Source: a virus
Lineage: Duplodnaviria; Heunggongvirae; Uroviricota; Caudoviricetes
Virus record (IMG/VR): IMGVR_UViG_3300032038_000024
Coordinates: 37,689 to 101,688 of that record
Direction: 5' to 3' (one strand)
Length of the DNA stretch: 64,000 bases
Position numbers and translations under genes: made by a program. The notes under the pieces were generated by a model. The model was not told the DNA's origin, made no database searches, and worked only from the letters and a program-made list of their open reading frames with translations. Below are positions 1-8,941 of this stretch, in pieces (within the stretch, counting starts at the first letter, position 1; each line of letters opens with the position of its first letter).

Positions 1-38
1 TGCATTAGATTCTATTATGTATTCTTTAATGTCTTTCA
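1..38 (-). CDS. 5' end (start codon at 38..36) of a gene running off the left edge; N-terminus MKDIKEYIIESNA matches the shared N-terminal motif
   Basis: Reverse complement of 1-38 reads ATG AAA GAC ATT AAA GAA TAC ATA ATA GAA; the ATG sits 1 nt after the stop of the 39..1199 gene. It is the same decapeptide family as the other motif-bearing starts. Confidence 0.3.
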
Positions 39-1199
39 TTAGTCTTCATCATATATATTTTCAGTACTTGTAACCATACGACCTCTTGAAGAAGTTTCTC
101 TATCATGGTCATTTATTGATTCTTTAAGCAATTCATAAAGTTCAGTAAACATATCGAGAATCTTTTTGTTCTTCTTAATAAACTGATTTACCTTTTGACA
201 GTAATAAGTTACATTTGAATTTGCAACATTATATTTTTTTGCAATTTCTTTGTTTTGAAGTTTCTTATGATCATAAGCACCCCAATAACTACACCAAATA
301 TCAAGTGTCTTTGCATCAAATTCCTTTGAAAGAATCTTCCATACGTCATCCCAAAGTCTCTTACGATCTTCAGCATTGATGCCATCTTCAACATCTGTTG
401 ATGAACCCATGAAGTCGAACATTGTCTTACTACCTTCATCATCATGTCCAACTGACTTGTCACCTGAAATTGACAAATTACGAGTATTATGACCTTTTTC
501 ATCACGTTCTCTCTTTTGTTGAGAATTAGGAATATGTACAAGATGTGAGTCAGCAACACCCCAACCAGTAATATGATTACGAATACAATATGCTGCATAT
601 TGACCAAATGTATAACCTTTTACTGCTTCATCAGTTGCTTTTGACTTCTTATTCTTTTTACCGTATGTATTCATTGCATATGCAAGACCTTCATAACATA
701 CACTTAACAAATCATTATATGAAAGGTTAAGTTTACCATTCCATTGTCTTGCAATCATATGAACAAGAGCTTCATATTTCTTTGCTGTTGCATTACGACC
801 AGCTTCAGTACCTAAATCAAGAATAACTTCATCAGGAGCAATTTTCTTATTGATAATTCCTTCAAAATCACTCTTTGTTTGAAATACAGGAATTTCCATT
901 GTCTTTCCTGCCTTTATAATTGTGCCAAGCAATTTATAAAGTTCTTTCAAGTTATCCTTTTCAGGTACGCCTGCCTTATAGAATCCTGCAAGGGCATTTT
1001 CATCATCATCTGTTGAAAGGTCAGAAATGTAAGAATCGTTATTAACAATAAGCCAATTAACAAGTTCCTTTGTTTCATCAGAAATAAATCTGTCTGTAAC
1101 TTCAAGGTACTTCTTCAACTCAGCTGCACTGATATAGTTAATTGAACCTTCTGGGATTTCAAACTTAACTTTACTTTTTCCTTCAGTTATCTTTTTCAT
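39..1199 (-). CDS. sigma-70 family RNA polymerase sigma factor
   Basis: Region 2-like LLSVCYEGLAYAMNTY...GYTFGQYAAYCIRNHITGW resembles the F-STYA-WWIRQAI pattern. C-terminal HTH-like EIAKKYNVANSNVTYYCQKVNQFIKK resembles region 4.2. Confidence 0.6.
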   Translation of the reverse strand: MKKITEGKSKVKFEIPEGSINYISAAELKKYLEVTDRFISDETKELVNWLIVNNDSYISDLSTDDDENALAGFYKAGVPEKDNLKELYKLLGTIIKAGKTMEIPVFQTKSDFEGIINKKIAPDEVILDLGTEAGRNATAKKYEALVHMIARQWNGKLNLSYNDLLSVCYEGLAYAMNTYGKKNKKSKATDEAVKGYTFGQYAAYCIRNHITGWGVADSHLVHIPNSQQKRERDEKGHNTRNLSISGDKSVGHDDEGSKTMFDFMGSSTDVEDGINAEDRKRLWDDVWKILSKEFDAKTLDIWCSYWGAYDHKKLQNKEIAKKYNVANSNVTYYCQKVNQFIKKNKKILDMFTELYELLKESINDHDRETSSRGRMVTSTENIYDED

Positions 1200-1513
1200 T
1201 TTTAATATATTAAATTAACTTTTTATTTACGATACAAAATTACAAAATTATTATGAAAATCGTCCCAAAGTATTGTTAATACTTGTTAAATCCTCACAAT
1301 ATTCCTAAATTAGATATTTGCTTTTATTAAAAATAAAATTTGTACATTATATATATTATTTTTATATGGAAAATTATTCATAAATAGACGTTTGATTTTT
1401 AAATTAATTACATATTAATATAGATGAAAATCATATTTTATTAAAAAATTTTATGTTTTATTTTAATTAATTAATTTCTTTTTACTATTTTTAACAAATT
1501 AACAATCATAGAC
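1200..1513. promoter_or_regulatory. 314-bp AT-rich divergent intergenic region holding promoter-like elements in both directions
   Basis: TTATTTTTATATGG at 1356-1368 (+ sense) and TTTTACTATTTTTAACAAA at 1479-1498 lie upstream of the + gene at 1514. The reverse complement of 1321-1340 gives TTTTATTTTTAATAAAAG toward the sigma gene. Confidence 0.3.
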
Positions 1514-2035
1514 ATGAAGTTTTTTAGAAATTTATTCTATAAGACATTTACTGGAAAAATTATAAAGACTATCAAATCATTATATGATTATCTTAAAGAT
1601 TATGAATATATATCAGATACATTTTATAGTGATGCATTTAAGATTGTCTTAAAAGAATATTTGAATGTTGAAATTAAAAAGGATTGGATAGGCCGTTTAT
1701 ATGGAGTAGTAAATCCTAATATTAATGAAGAAGGCAAATTTGATGTAACAAGAACAATCATTGAATTTGATGATGATAATACTAATAATAAAGAATATGT
1801 AAAACATTGGACTCATAAACAATTATACATAATTGGAGAAGTATTCAAAATTGAAAATCTTTATCATTTTATTGACTTGGAGTTCAGACATGTTGGACCA
1901 AAAGAAGCAGACAATTATTTGTTAGTATTTGATATTGTTTCAAGAAAATTATTTACACATAACTTAAAGCAAATGTTATTACATGGATTTATATATGCAG
2001 TAATAGCAGCAATAGTACTATTTATCATATTATAA
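1514..2035 (+). CDS. hypothetical protein with a C-terminal hydrophobic anchor
   Basis: ATG-initiated 173-aa ORF. The C-terminal LLHGFIYAVIAAIVLFIIL is TM-like. Confidence 0.5.
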   Translation: MKFFRNLFYKTFTGKIIKTIKSLYDYLKDYEYISDTFYSDAFKIVLKEYLNVEIKKDWIGRLYGVVNPNINEEGKFDVTRTIIEFDDDNTNNKEYVKHWTHKQLYIIGEVFKIENLYHFIDLEFRHVGPKEADNYLLVFDIVSRKLFTHNLKQMLLHGFIYAVIAAIVLFIIL

Positions 2036-2054
2036 ATATATCTTATAAGATTAA

Positions 2055-2579
2055 ATGAATATAGAGGAAAAGCAAAGAATGCTTAAAGAGTATGCAGAGT
2101 CTTTGAATGGAAAAACATTTGAAGAACTTGAAAAAATTGAGTCAGAATTAATTGCAGAAGCAGATGCTAATGACCAAAAAGTTTCAAAGACTGAATTTGA
2201 TTTACCAAAAGAAAACTATAAGGAAGTTGCTGAAGGAATCAGAATGTTATTGAATAAGCAAACTGTACAGTGGCAATATACATTAGGTCTTGTTGGTCTT
2301 TATGATTTCTGGAATCCTGAAAAGAAAGCAAAGAAGATACCTTATGCACAACTCGATGCAATACTTCGTACATTAGGTCAAATGCAATTTACAGGTTATA
2401 CAGAATGGGCAGCAGTTGTTGCAATTAATAAATACTTCGAACCTTTACATAATGCATATGTTGATGCCACTGAAAAGACATATGATATTGCTTCAAAACA
2501 TCAAGCAGTAATGCAAAAGATGGAAGATCTTAAAAAGGCTGAAGCTGGAGAAGATGATGAAAAGAAAGAAGATAAATAA
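2055..2579 (+). CDS. hypothetical acidic protein
   Basis: 174-aa ORF with an ATG start, followed directly by a strong terminator. Confidence 0.5.
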   Translation: MNIEEKQRMLKEYAESLNGKTFEELEKIESELIAEADANDQKVSKTEFDLPKENYKEVAEGIRMLLNKQTVQWQYTLGLVGLYDFWNPEKKAKKIPYAQLDAILRTLGQMQFTGYTEWAAVVAINKYFEPLHNAYVDATEKTYDIASKHQAVMQKMEDLKKAEAGEDDEKKEDK

Positions 2580-2581
2580 AT

Positions 2582-2610
2582 GAATGCCGGTTAATCCGGC
2601 ATTCGTTTTC
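2582..2610 (+). terminator. rho-independent terminator
   Basis: GAATGCCGG-TTAAT-CCGGCATTC, a 9-bp perfect stem, followed by GTTTTC. Confidence 0.7.
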
Positions 2611-2612
2611 TA

Positions 2613-2846
2613 ATGTCAAGACAAAAGAAAATTCAAAGAGAACCAAAATCTAAATTAGGCTTAAATGATAAATTGCATATATGTTACAATTGTATGTTCT
2701 ATGGACCCACTGGTTGGTGTCCATGGGAAAATAAGTTTATGAACTATAATGATAAATGTACAATACAATTAAGACATTGGCCGCATACAACATTTAGGTA
2801 TAGATTAGATCTCCCATATAAATTAATAGATCCTACAAAGAAATGA
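2613..2846 (+). CDS. small Cys-rich protein, paralog of 6006..6194
   Basis: CYNCMFYGPTGWCPW...YNDKC pattern shared with CYSCEHYDDYGPVAGRF..YNGKC. Confidence 0.45.
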   Translation: MSRQKKIQREPKSKLGLNDKLHICYNCMFYGPTGWCPWENKFMNYNDKCTIQLRHWPHTTFRYRLDLPYKLIDPTKK

Positions 2847-3781
2847 ATAAAGAATTGAAAGTATTAACTTATAATATTGACGGACTTCCAGAGACTTTAG
2901 ATTTAAATGAGCTTCCTTGTATATTAAAACCAATAACATGGATATATAAGTTAATTAAAAAGACAACTATAATTAAAATTAATGATAATAAAGATACATC
3001 TAATAAAATGAAACAAATAAGTAAATTTTTATTAGATTCGAATGCAGATATTATTGGTGTACAAGAAGATTTTAATTATCATGATGAATTAACAAGTGAA
3101 TTATATGATATATATAGTTGGGGAACATATTCAGGTGGATTTGATATTTCAAAAATATTTTCAAGTGTTGAATGTTTAAGTCATTTTCCATTACCAAGAT
3201 TTAAAGCTGATGGAATGAATTTATTTACAAAAATTGGTATTCATACATATAAAGAAGAAATTATTAATTGGAATAAATCATCAGGTTATATAGATCATGC
3301 AAATGATTTATTAACACATAAAGGTTTTAGATTTTATAATCTTAATATTGATAATATTGAACTTGATGTTTACATAGTTCACATGGATGCAGATTTTTAT
3401 CATCCAGAAAATTGTCCTGACGTAACAAAAGATATTGAAGCTCGTAAATCTCAAATTGAACAATTATTATCATATATATTTGAAAGATATTATACAAGTA
3501 CAAACCCAACAATTATAATGGGTGATACAAATAGTTACGATAAATATAATTGGGATAAAGAAAATATTGAATATTTTATTAAGAATATTAATTATGTAAA
3601 AGAATTAAATTGTCAAGAAGCAATTCCTAATAATTATAATGATTGTGATAGAATATTTTTTATTAATCATTCAAAAGGAAAATATAAATTAGAATTAAAA
3701 GAATGTCATTTTGATAAAGACATATCTTTATCAGATCATAAACCATTAGAAGCAACATTTACTTTAACAGAAAATAATTAA
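2843..3781 (+). CDS. endonuclease/exonuclease/phosphatase (EEP) family protein
   Basis: Three EEP signatures: LTYNI near the N-terminus, DIIGVQEDFNYHD (catalytic Glu), and IIMGDTNS ... SDHKPL at the C-terminus. Confidence 0.6.
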   Translation: MNKELKVLTYNIDGLPETLDLNELPCILKPITWIYKLIKKTTIIKINDNKDTSNKMKQISKFLLDSNADIIGVQEDFNYHDELTSELYDIYSWGTYSGGFDISKIFSSVECLSHFPLPRFKADGMNLFTKIGIHTYKEEIINWNKSSGYIDHANDLLTHKGFRFYNLNIDNIELDVYIVHMDADFYHPENCPDVTKDIEARKSQIEQLLSYIFERYYTSTNPTIIMGDTNSYDKYNWDKENIEYFIKNINYVKELNCQEAIPNNYNDCDRIFFINHSKGKYKLELKECHFDKDISLSDHKPLEATFTLTENN

Positions 3782-3831
3782 ACAATTAATATATTTTAAC
3801 TATATTTAAATCAAAAGATTTAGTATAGTTG

Positions 3832-4128
3832 ATGGATTTTGAAGAATTTCAACAAGAATTTAAAAAACAACTTCCGATAAAAATTCAGTATTATATAAAT
3901 CTTTTTTTAGATAAAGGTATTAATGAAGATACAGTTACTGAATTTTTATCGGATAATTCTTTCTGCTGTTTTACAGGTATAGGTTGGAGTTGTCCAATAT
4001 GTTCTCATGGATGTTTTAAGATAAATATCAAATGGGTAATGGAAAGTGACAAAAGATTTACAGAAAAAGATATGGATAAATTTTGGAAACTCGAATGTGA
4101 TTTATCTGCAAAACATATACACAAATAA
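3832..4128 (+). CDS. hypothetical Cys-rich protein (ATG start at 3832; the track start 3829 is TTG)
   Basis: 98-aa ORF containing a CPICSHGC motif. Confidence 0.4.
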   Translation: MDFEEFQQEFKKQLPIKIQYYINLFLDKGINEDTVTEFLSDNSFCCFTGIGWSCPICSHGCFKINIKWVMESDKRFTEKDMDKFWKLECDLSAKHIHK

Positions 4129-4129
4129 T

Positions 4130-6004
4130 ATGATACATTTTATATTCACTGAAAAAGATACACGATATTTGTTTCTTAAATATGATTCTGAATATGATGA
4201 AATAAACTTAAAGAAACTTAAAGAACATTTGAATTTAGTCGACCCTATATGTTATTTACCAACATATAGTGGACCTCCATATACACAAGACTTTTTATTT
4301 GATTATGTTCAACCATCAGGACAAGTTGTATATTATTGTGCAATTGGATTATGGCAAGAAGTATATAAATTCTTCAAAGATAATGATATTGCATTTGATG
4401 GTTTATTAGATCATTCTAATTTTTTCAAAAGAGACATACCACATACATTTGAGCAATTTAAAACCATAGTTGATAGTTGGGGATTAAAATATCCACCACG
4501 CCCTTATCAATATGAAGCAGCATATAAAATATTACAGTGGAAACAATCTGTATCAGAATTAGCAACACGTGCAGGTAAGACTCTTATTGCTTATATGATA
4601 TTCAGATATTGTATTGAATATTTAGGAGCAAAAAAGATATTAATGATTGTTCCATCAATTCAGTTAGTAACACAAGGATATAATGACTTCAAAGAATACG
4701 CAGAATTTTTCAATACCGAATGTGTATGGGGTGGTGGCAAATTAGTAGAGTCAGCTAATCTTACAATAGGTACATTCCAATCGTTAATTAAGTTTATTGA
4801 AAAACCAAAAAGAGGAACAGAAAATAAGAAATATAATCCAGATTTCTTTAATGGATTTGATATTGTATTTGTTGATGAAACACATAGAGCAACAGCAAAT
4901 CAAATTAGAACTATTATTAGTCAGCCATTTATGAAAGAAGTTAAGATAGCTTTCGGTATGACAGGCACAATTCCAAAGAAGAAAACAATTGAATATTATT
5001 GTCTTAAATCTTTATTAGGTGCAACTATTCAAGAAATTAAACCAAAGTATTTGATGGATGAAGGTTACATTTCAAAGGTTAATATTTTACAAGTAAGATT
5101 GGAATATCGTAATTTGAAAAAACAATTAGAAACATTTATAGATTGTGCAGAATATGGATTATCTGAATTTGAAACTGTTTCAGTTGTTAATAGAAATGGA
5201 AAGGAAACAAGACAAAAAATTAAACTTCCTAAACCTATATTTCAGATACAATATGTTAAGAAATTACCACCAGGTCTTGAAGATATTAAAGCTAAATTAT
5301 TTTTTAAGACAGGTGTAATGACTCCAGTTAATGATAAAGATACTCAAGCTGAATTAGATAAAATTAAAAAACAATTCAAACTTGAAAAAAGAGCAGATGC
5401 ATTACAAATTAAATTTGAACTTGAATATGCTTCAGTACTTAAAAATGTAATAAAACAGTCAACACAAACTAATATGTTGTTTATTGAAAGAATGATGTCT
5501 CATTTTATGACAGAACGTGTTGATTATCTTTGTAATGATATATTACCGAAGTGTGATAAGAATACATTAATACTTGCGCATCATACTGAGTATATTCATT
5601 ATATAACAGATATCATTAAAGAAAAATTCCCAACAAGACATATTGATACAATTACAGGAGCAGTAACTCCAAAGAAACGTGAAGCAATAAAACAAATGTT
5701 GAAAGACAATAATGATTGTATTTTGATTGCTTCTTATGGTACACTTTCAACTGGTATCACACTTGCTAATTTATGTTTTGGTGTATTGTTTGAATCATTT
5801 AAGTCAAATGTTATCAATATGCAGTCAATTGGTAGAGGACTTGGACTTAGTGATTTGAAAGATGAATTTGTATTATATGATGTAATTGATTGTTTTAATC
5901 AGAAGTATATTTCTAATAAGATATATCTTCAAGGATTAGCAAAATGTAAAAAATATACTGAAGAACAATATCCTTTTAGAATTGGATATTATCAGATTAG
6001 TTAA
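4130..6004 (+). CDS. SF2 DEAD/DEAH-box helicase, UvsW/Res-like
   Basis: RPYQ, Walker A TRAGKT, DETH, TGT and C-terminal SIGRGLG motifs. The ATG at 4130 follows the previous stop directly; the track start 4046 is GTG and overlaps the upstream gene. Confidence 0.65.
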   Translation: MIHFIFTEKDTRYLFLKYDSEYDEINLKKLKEHLNLVDPICYLPTYSGPPYTQDFLFDYVQPSGQVVYYCAIGLWQEVYKFFKDNDIAFDGLLDHSNFFKRDIPHTFEQFKTIVDSWGLKYPPRPYQYEAAYKILQWKQSVSELATRAGKTLIAYMIFRYCIEYLGAKKILMIVPSIQLVTQGYNDFKEYAEFFNTECVWGGGKLVESANLTIGTFQSLIKFIEKPKRGTENKKYNPDFFNGFDIVFVDETHRATANQIRTIISQPFMKEVKIAFGMTGTIPKKKTIEYYCLKSLLGATIQEIKPKYLMDEGYISKVNILQVRLEYRNLKKQLETFIDCAEYGLSEFETVSVVNRNGKETRQKIKLPKPIFQIQYVKKLPPGLEDIKAKLFFKTGVMTPVNDKDTQAELDKIKKQFKLEKRADALQIKFELEYASVLKNVIKQSTQTNMLFIERMMSHFMTERVDYLCNDILPKCDKNTLILAHHTEYIHYITDIIKEKFPTRHIDTITGAVTPKKREAIKQMLKDNNDCILIASYGTLSTGITLANLCFGVLFESFKSNVINMQSIGRGLGLSDLKDEFVLYDVIDCFNQKYISNKIYLQGLAKCKKYTEEQYPFRIGYYQIS

Positions 6005-6005
6005 T

Positions 6006-6194
6006 ATGGTTAAAGATTGTTTATTAAACCCCAATGATTATCCAGGCATGTGTTATTCATGTGAACATTATGATGATTATGGACCAGTTGCTGGAAGATT
6101 TAATGATTATAATGGTAAATGTAAATATGATGGTCATGAAACAGATGCATTAGTTAAATGTAAAATAAATCAATATAAGAAATCATGCAGTTAA
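6006..6194 (+). CDS. small Cys-rich protein, paralog of 2613..2846
   Basis: ATG at 6006, 1 nt after the helicase stop. Shares the Cys spacing motif with the paralog. Confidence 0.4.
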   Translation: MVKDCLLNPNDYPGMCYSCEHYDDYGPVAGRFNDYNGKCKYDGHETDALVKCKINQYKKSCS

Positions 6195-6940
6195 AGAAAT
6201 ATGAAGATTTTATGAAAACATCAAAGGTATATGATTGCTTACCTATTATATATCCAATTCTTGGCTTAAATGGTGAAGCTGGTGAAGCAGCTGAAAAGGT
6301 TAAGAAATGTTTACGAGACAATAAAGGTAAATTTGATGAAGAAACAAAAAATGCAATTAAAAAAGAACTTGCTGACGTACTTTGGTATATTTGGGCAGCT
6401 GCTGATGATATGAATACAAGTCTTGGTGAAATAATGTCAATAGGTATGCAAAAAGTTAAAGAGCGTCAAGAAACAAATACCGTACATGGAAATGGAGATG
6501 ACCGTGAAAAGAAAAAAGAATCATTTATTGCTAATACACCAACTGAAACTCCCGTACAAATTGAAGAATCAATAGGTGATTTACCTAAAAGAATACTTGC
6601 AGTAACTACTGATTCATTTGATGAATTAAAAGAACTTCAATATAAAATGCAATTTATAAATCGTAGCAGTAAAGTTGATTTAACAATAATACAACATATT
6701 ACAAAAAATAAAGAAGTCCATAATGAAGTCCATACATATAAAGGTAAATTCAAAGGTATAGGCAGAATTGATGGTGCAATATTCGTTCAATTAGAAAATG
6801 AAAATGATATTGATGAAATACTTAAAATAGTAAACGAAACAGATATATCAAAAGATATATTAAATTATTATGAACTTATGGTTAATGAAACACAAATAAA
6901 TTGTCCAAAAGTTCGTGAAGTACCTCTTATATATATGTAG
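6185..6940 (+). CDS. MazG-like nucleotide pyrophosphohydrolase (N-terminal domain) with an unknown C-terminal domain
   Basis: LGLNGEAGEAAEKVKK ... ELADVLWYI are EExxE/LGDVLW-type MazG motifs. Confidence 0.6.
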   Translation: MQLKKYEDFMKTSKVYDCLPIIYPILGLNGEAGEAAEKVKKCLRDNKGKFDEETKNAIKKELADVLWYIWAAADDMNTSLGEIMSIGMQKVKERQETNTVHGNGDDREKKKESFIANTPTETPVQIEESIGDLPKRILAVTTDSFDELKELQYKMQFINRSSKVDLTIIQHITKNKEVHNEVHTYKGKFKGIGRIDGAIFVQLENENDIDEILKIVNETDISKDILNYYELMVNETQINCPKVREVPLIYM

Positions 6941-6959
6941 TAAATATATTTTTATTAAA

Positions 6960-7250
6960 ATGCAAAGATTAATTGAAAACATTTTAGCAAAACCATATAT
7001 TGAAAATGGATATCTTGCAAGAATGAATGCTTTATGTGAAAAGAAATTACAAAATGGAGATTTTGCAAGATATATGAATGAAGTTGAATATGATCCTTAT
7101 GGAGAAGTATTAACAATAAATACTACAATTGTTCCAATAACATCAATTAAATCTATTACTATCAAATTAACACCAGGTATGATAACTGGAGATTTTGATG
7201 ATGCAATGAATAATTTAAATAAAGAAATTGAACAAGAATATGGACATTAA
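6960..7250 (+). CDS. hypothetical protein
   Basis: In-frame ATG at 6960; the track start 6915 is GTG inside the upstream gene. Confidence 0.35.
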   Translation: MQRLIENILAKPYIENGYLARMNALCEKKLQNGDFARYMNEVEYDPYGEVLTINTTIVPITSIKSITIKLTPGMITGDFDDAMNNLNKEIEQEYGH

Positions 7251-7566
7251 TGATTATCAAAAAACAATTAGAGAATACATTGATTATCCTCTTGAATTAG
7301 GACCATTTTCGGTTATATTAGATTTACAAAATAATGTAGGAGCATTGTCAAACAAATTAAATGATGCTCTCGTTAAAGATCATGGTAATTTTACTAAAGT
7401 AACAAAAACAAAAGCAATTATATCACTTGGAGATATTTTGAATAATATTTGTAATATTGCTTATGATTTGGGATTTGATATGAATGATGTTATAGGAATG
7501 AACATAACAAAGCATAATATGGAAGTTGAAAAGAAATTAAAAGCAAATGAACAGAAAAATCCTTAA
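7240..7566 (+). CDS. possible second MazG-like domain protein
   Basis: ISLGDILNNICNIAYDLGFDMNDVIG resembles the second MazG helix. ATG at 7240; the track start is TTG. Confidence 0.35.
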   Translation: MDINDYQKTIREYIDYPLELGPFSVILDLQNNVGALSNKLNDALVKDHGNFTKVTKTKAIISLGDILNNICNIAYDLGFDMNDVIGMNITKHNMEVEKKLKANEQKNP

Positions 7567-7616
7567 TATTTTTTAACACTTAGCTAGATATAATAAAATC
7601 CTCTAGAATATAGTAG

Positions 7617-7695
7617 AATGTTCCTCTGGCCTCATTAAATCTTAAAATAATAAAACAATATTACTTAAAAGATTTAATGGGGCCAGAGGAACATT
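7617..7695. terminator. unusually long (about 27 bp) hairpin between convergent genes; bidirectional terminator or structured RNA
   Basis: AATGTTCCTCTGGCCTCATTAAATCTT at 7617-7643 pairs with AAGATTTAATGGGGCCAGAGGAACATT at 7669-7695, with a single T-G wobble and a 25-nt AT loop. Confidence 0.5.
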
Positions 7696-7697
7696 AT

Positions 7698-8507
7698 TTA
7701 TATCTTTGGATCATCTTTATCAATAATTGAATATTCATCTTCAATATTATTTGGTAATTTATCTTTAGAATTTAATCCATCAACAAATAATCTTAGTGTA
7801 TCAAATATAATACTTGCATGACATTCTCTTCCAGATATTTTATAATAATCAATATACTTATTAAATATTTTCAAATCATTGTTACCTATTCTTGTTGAAA
7901 ATTTAGTATTTTTTGTTGCTGATAAACATTTAATATTTTTATCATTATCACAAAACCAATGTTGTTTTGCTATTTTACAATTATAATAACAATAATCACT
8001 GACTAATAATGAATACATATATTTTTTAGGTAACTTTTTAATTATATGTAATTTACGATTAAACCAAAAATGTAAGTTGATTAAATCATAATATTTTAAG
8101 TTTTCATTATTTAGTATTTCATCAACAGTTATTATTCTTGTTATTGATAAAATTAAATAAATACTATTACCGTATTTTTCTTTTAATTGTTTTGCCAATT
8201 CATCATCATTAATACAAAATATATTAATATTATAATCTTTAATATATTTTTCTATTAATTCTAATGTTGCTCCAACTTGCATGAGAATGCAAATTCTTAT
8301 TTTTTCATTTTGTAATAATTTAATATGTTTATCAAACTCATCCCAATCATAATCAAATGATTTAACACAAGAACGGGCATGTTTAATATTACCTTCTTTA
8401 ACAGCACCTACATATACAAAATCTATATATTTGTGTAGGTCTTCATTATTACGATAATAATCTATCCAAGATAATTGAAAATTATAAGGTATTTCAAATT
8501 TTTTCAT
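7698..8507 (-). CDS. hypothetical protein
   Basis: 269-aa ATG-initiated ORF; no motif recognised. Confidence 0.5.
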   Translation of the reverse strand: MKKFEIPYNFQLSWIDYYRNNEDLHKYIDFVYVGAVKEGNIKHARSCVKSFDYDWDEFDKHIKLLQNEKIRICILMQVGATLELIEKYIKDYNINIFCINDDELAKQLKEKYGNSIYLILSITRIITVDEILNNENLKYYDLINLHFWFNRKLHIIKKLPKKYMYSLLVSDYCYYNCKIAKQHWFCDNDKNIKCLSATKNTKFSTRIGNNDLKIFNKYIDYYKISGRECHASIIFDTLRLFVDGLNSKDKLPNNIEDEYSIIDKDDPKI

Positions 8508-8941
8508 ATTATTTTATCTACTATTTCTTTTTTACCATTTTCATATTTAACCCAATGGCCATCTATATAATAATAATTTGCATTTGTAGTACCTAAATGT
8601 TCCCATCTTGCATATATTGTTGGATCTTTTGTATAAAGACGTTTTTTGAAATTTGTATATAATTCTTCACATATAAAATCAGGTTTTATAAAATCTGCCT
8701 CTTGTGAAATCTGCTGACATAACTTATAATCTTTGTTTTTATATGCAACAAGACAATCTCTATATTTCTTTACCCAATCAATATGATCTTTGTACATAAA
8801 ATTACATGGATGATTTTTCCATTTGCCCGTACCTTCGACCATATTGATTAGCCAACCACATTCTTGTATTTGACGATTTAATCTTTTAGGATCTAAATCA
8901 TCTGCAGTATCTGCTGCTGTACCTGTTAAAAATATAGTCAT
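8504..8941 (-). CDS. hypothetical protein
   Basis: MTIFLTGTAADTADDL has a weak resemblance to a Rossmann-like nucleoside deoxyribosyltransferase or to T4 DenV (Thr2 N-terminus); not resolved. Confidence 0.4.
   Translation of the reverse strand: MTIFLTGTAADTADDLDPKRLNRQIQECGWLINMVEGTGKWKNHPCNFMYKDHIDWVKKYRDCLVAYKNKDYKLCQQISQEADFIKPDFICEELYTNFKKRLYTKDPTIYARWEHLGTTNANYYYIDGHWVKYENGKKEIVDKII

Noticed and set aside
209-607. Nested ORF 209..607 (−) inside the sigma-factor gene, and similar nested ORFs (12475..12690, 18312..18506, 17063..17368, 41092..41577, 51275..51910, 59486..59677, etc.)
   Set aside because: Alternative-frame or antisense ORFs wholly inside longer genes that carry motif support. 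No independent signals.
3798-3830. AT-rich imperfect palindrome AACTATATTTAAATC-AAAA-GATTTAGTATAGTT after the EEP gene
   Set aside because: The stem has two mismatches and two G-T pairs and consists almost entirely of A-T pairs, so it is too weak to call a terminator. It may simply be AT-rich spacer.
8504-8941. Call as a T4 DenV-type pyrimidine-dimer glycosylase
   Set aside because: Only the MT-I/R-x-L N-terminus and a nearby acidic residue resemble DenV. The rest of the sequence shows no similarity. Left as hypothetical.
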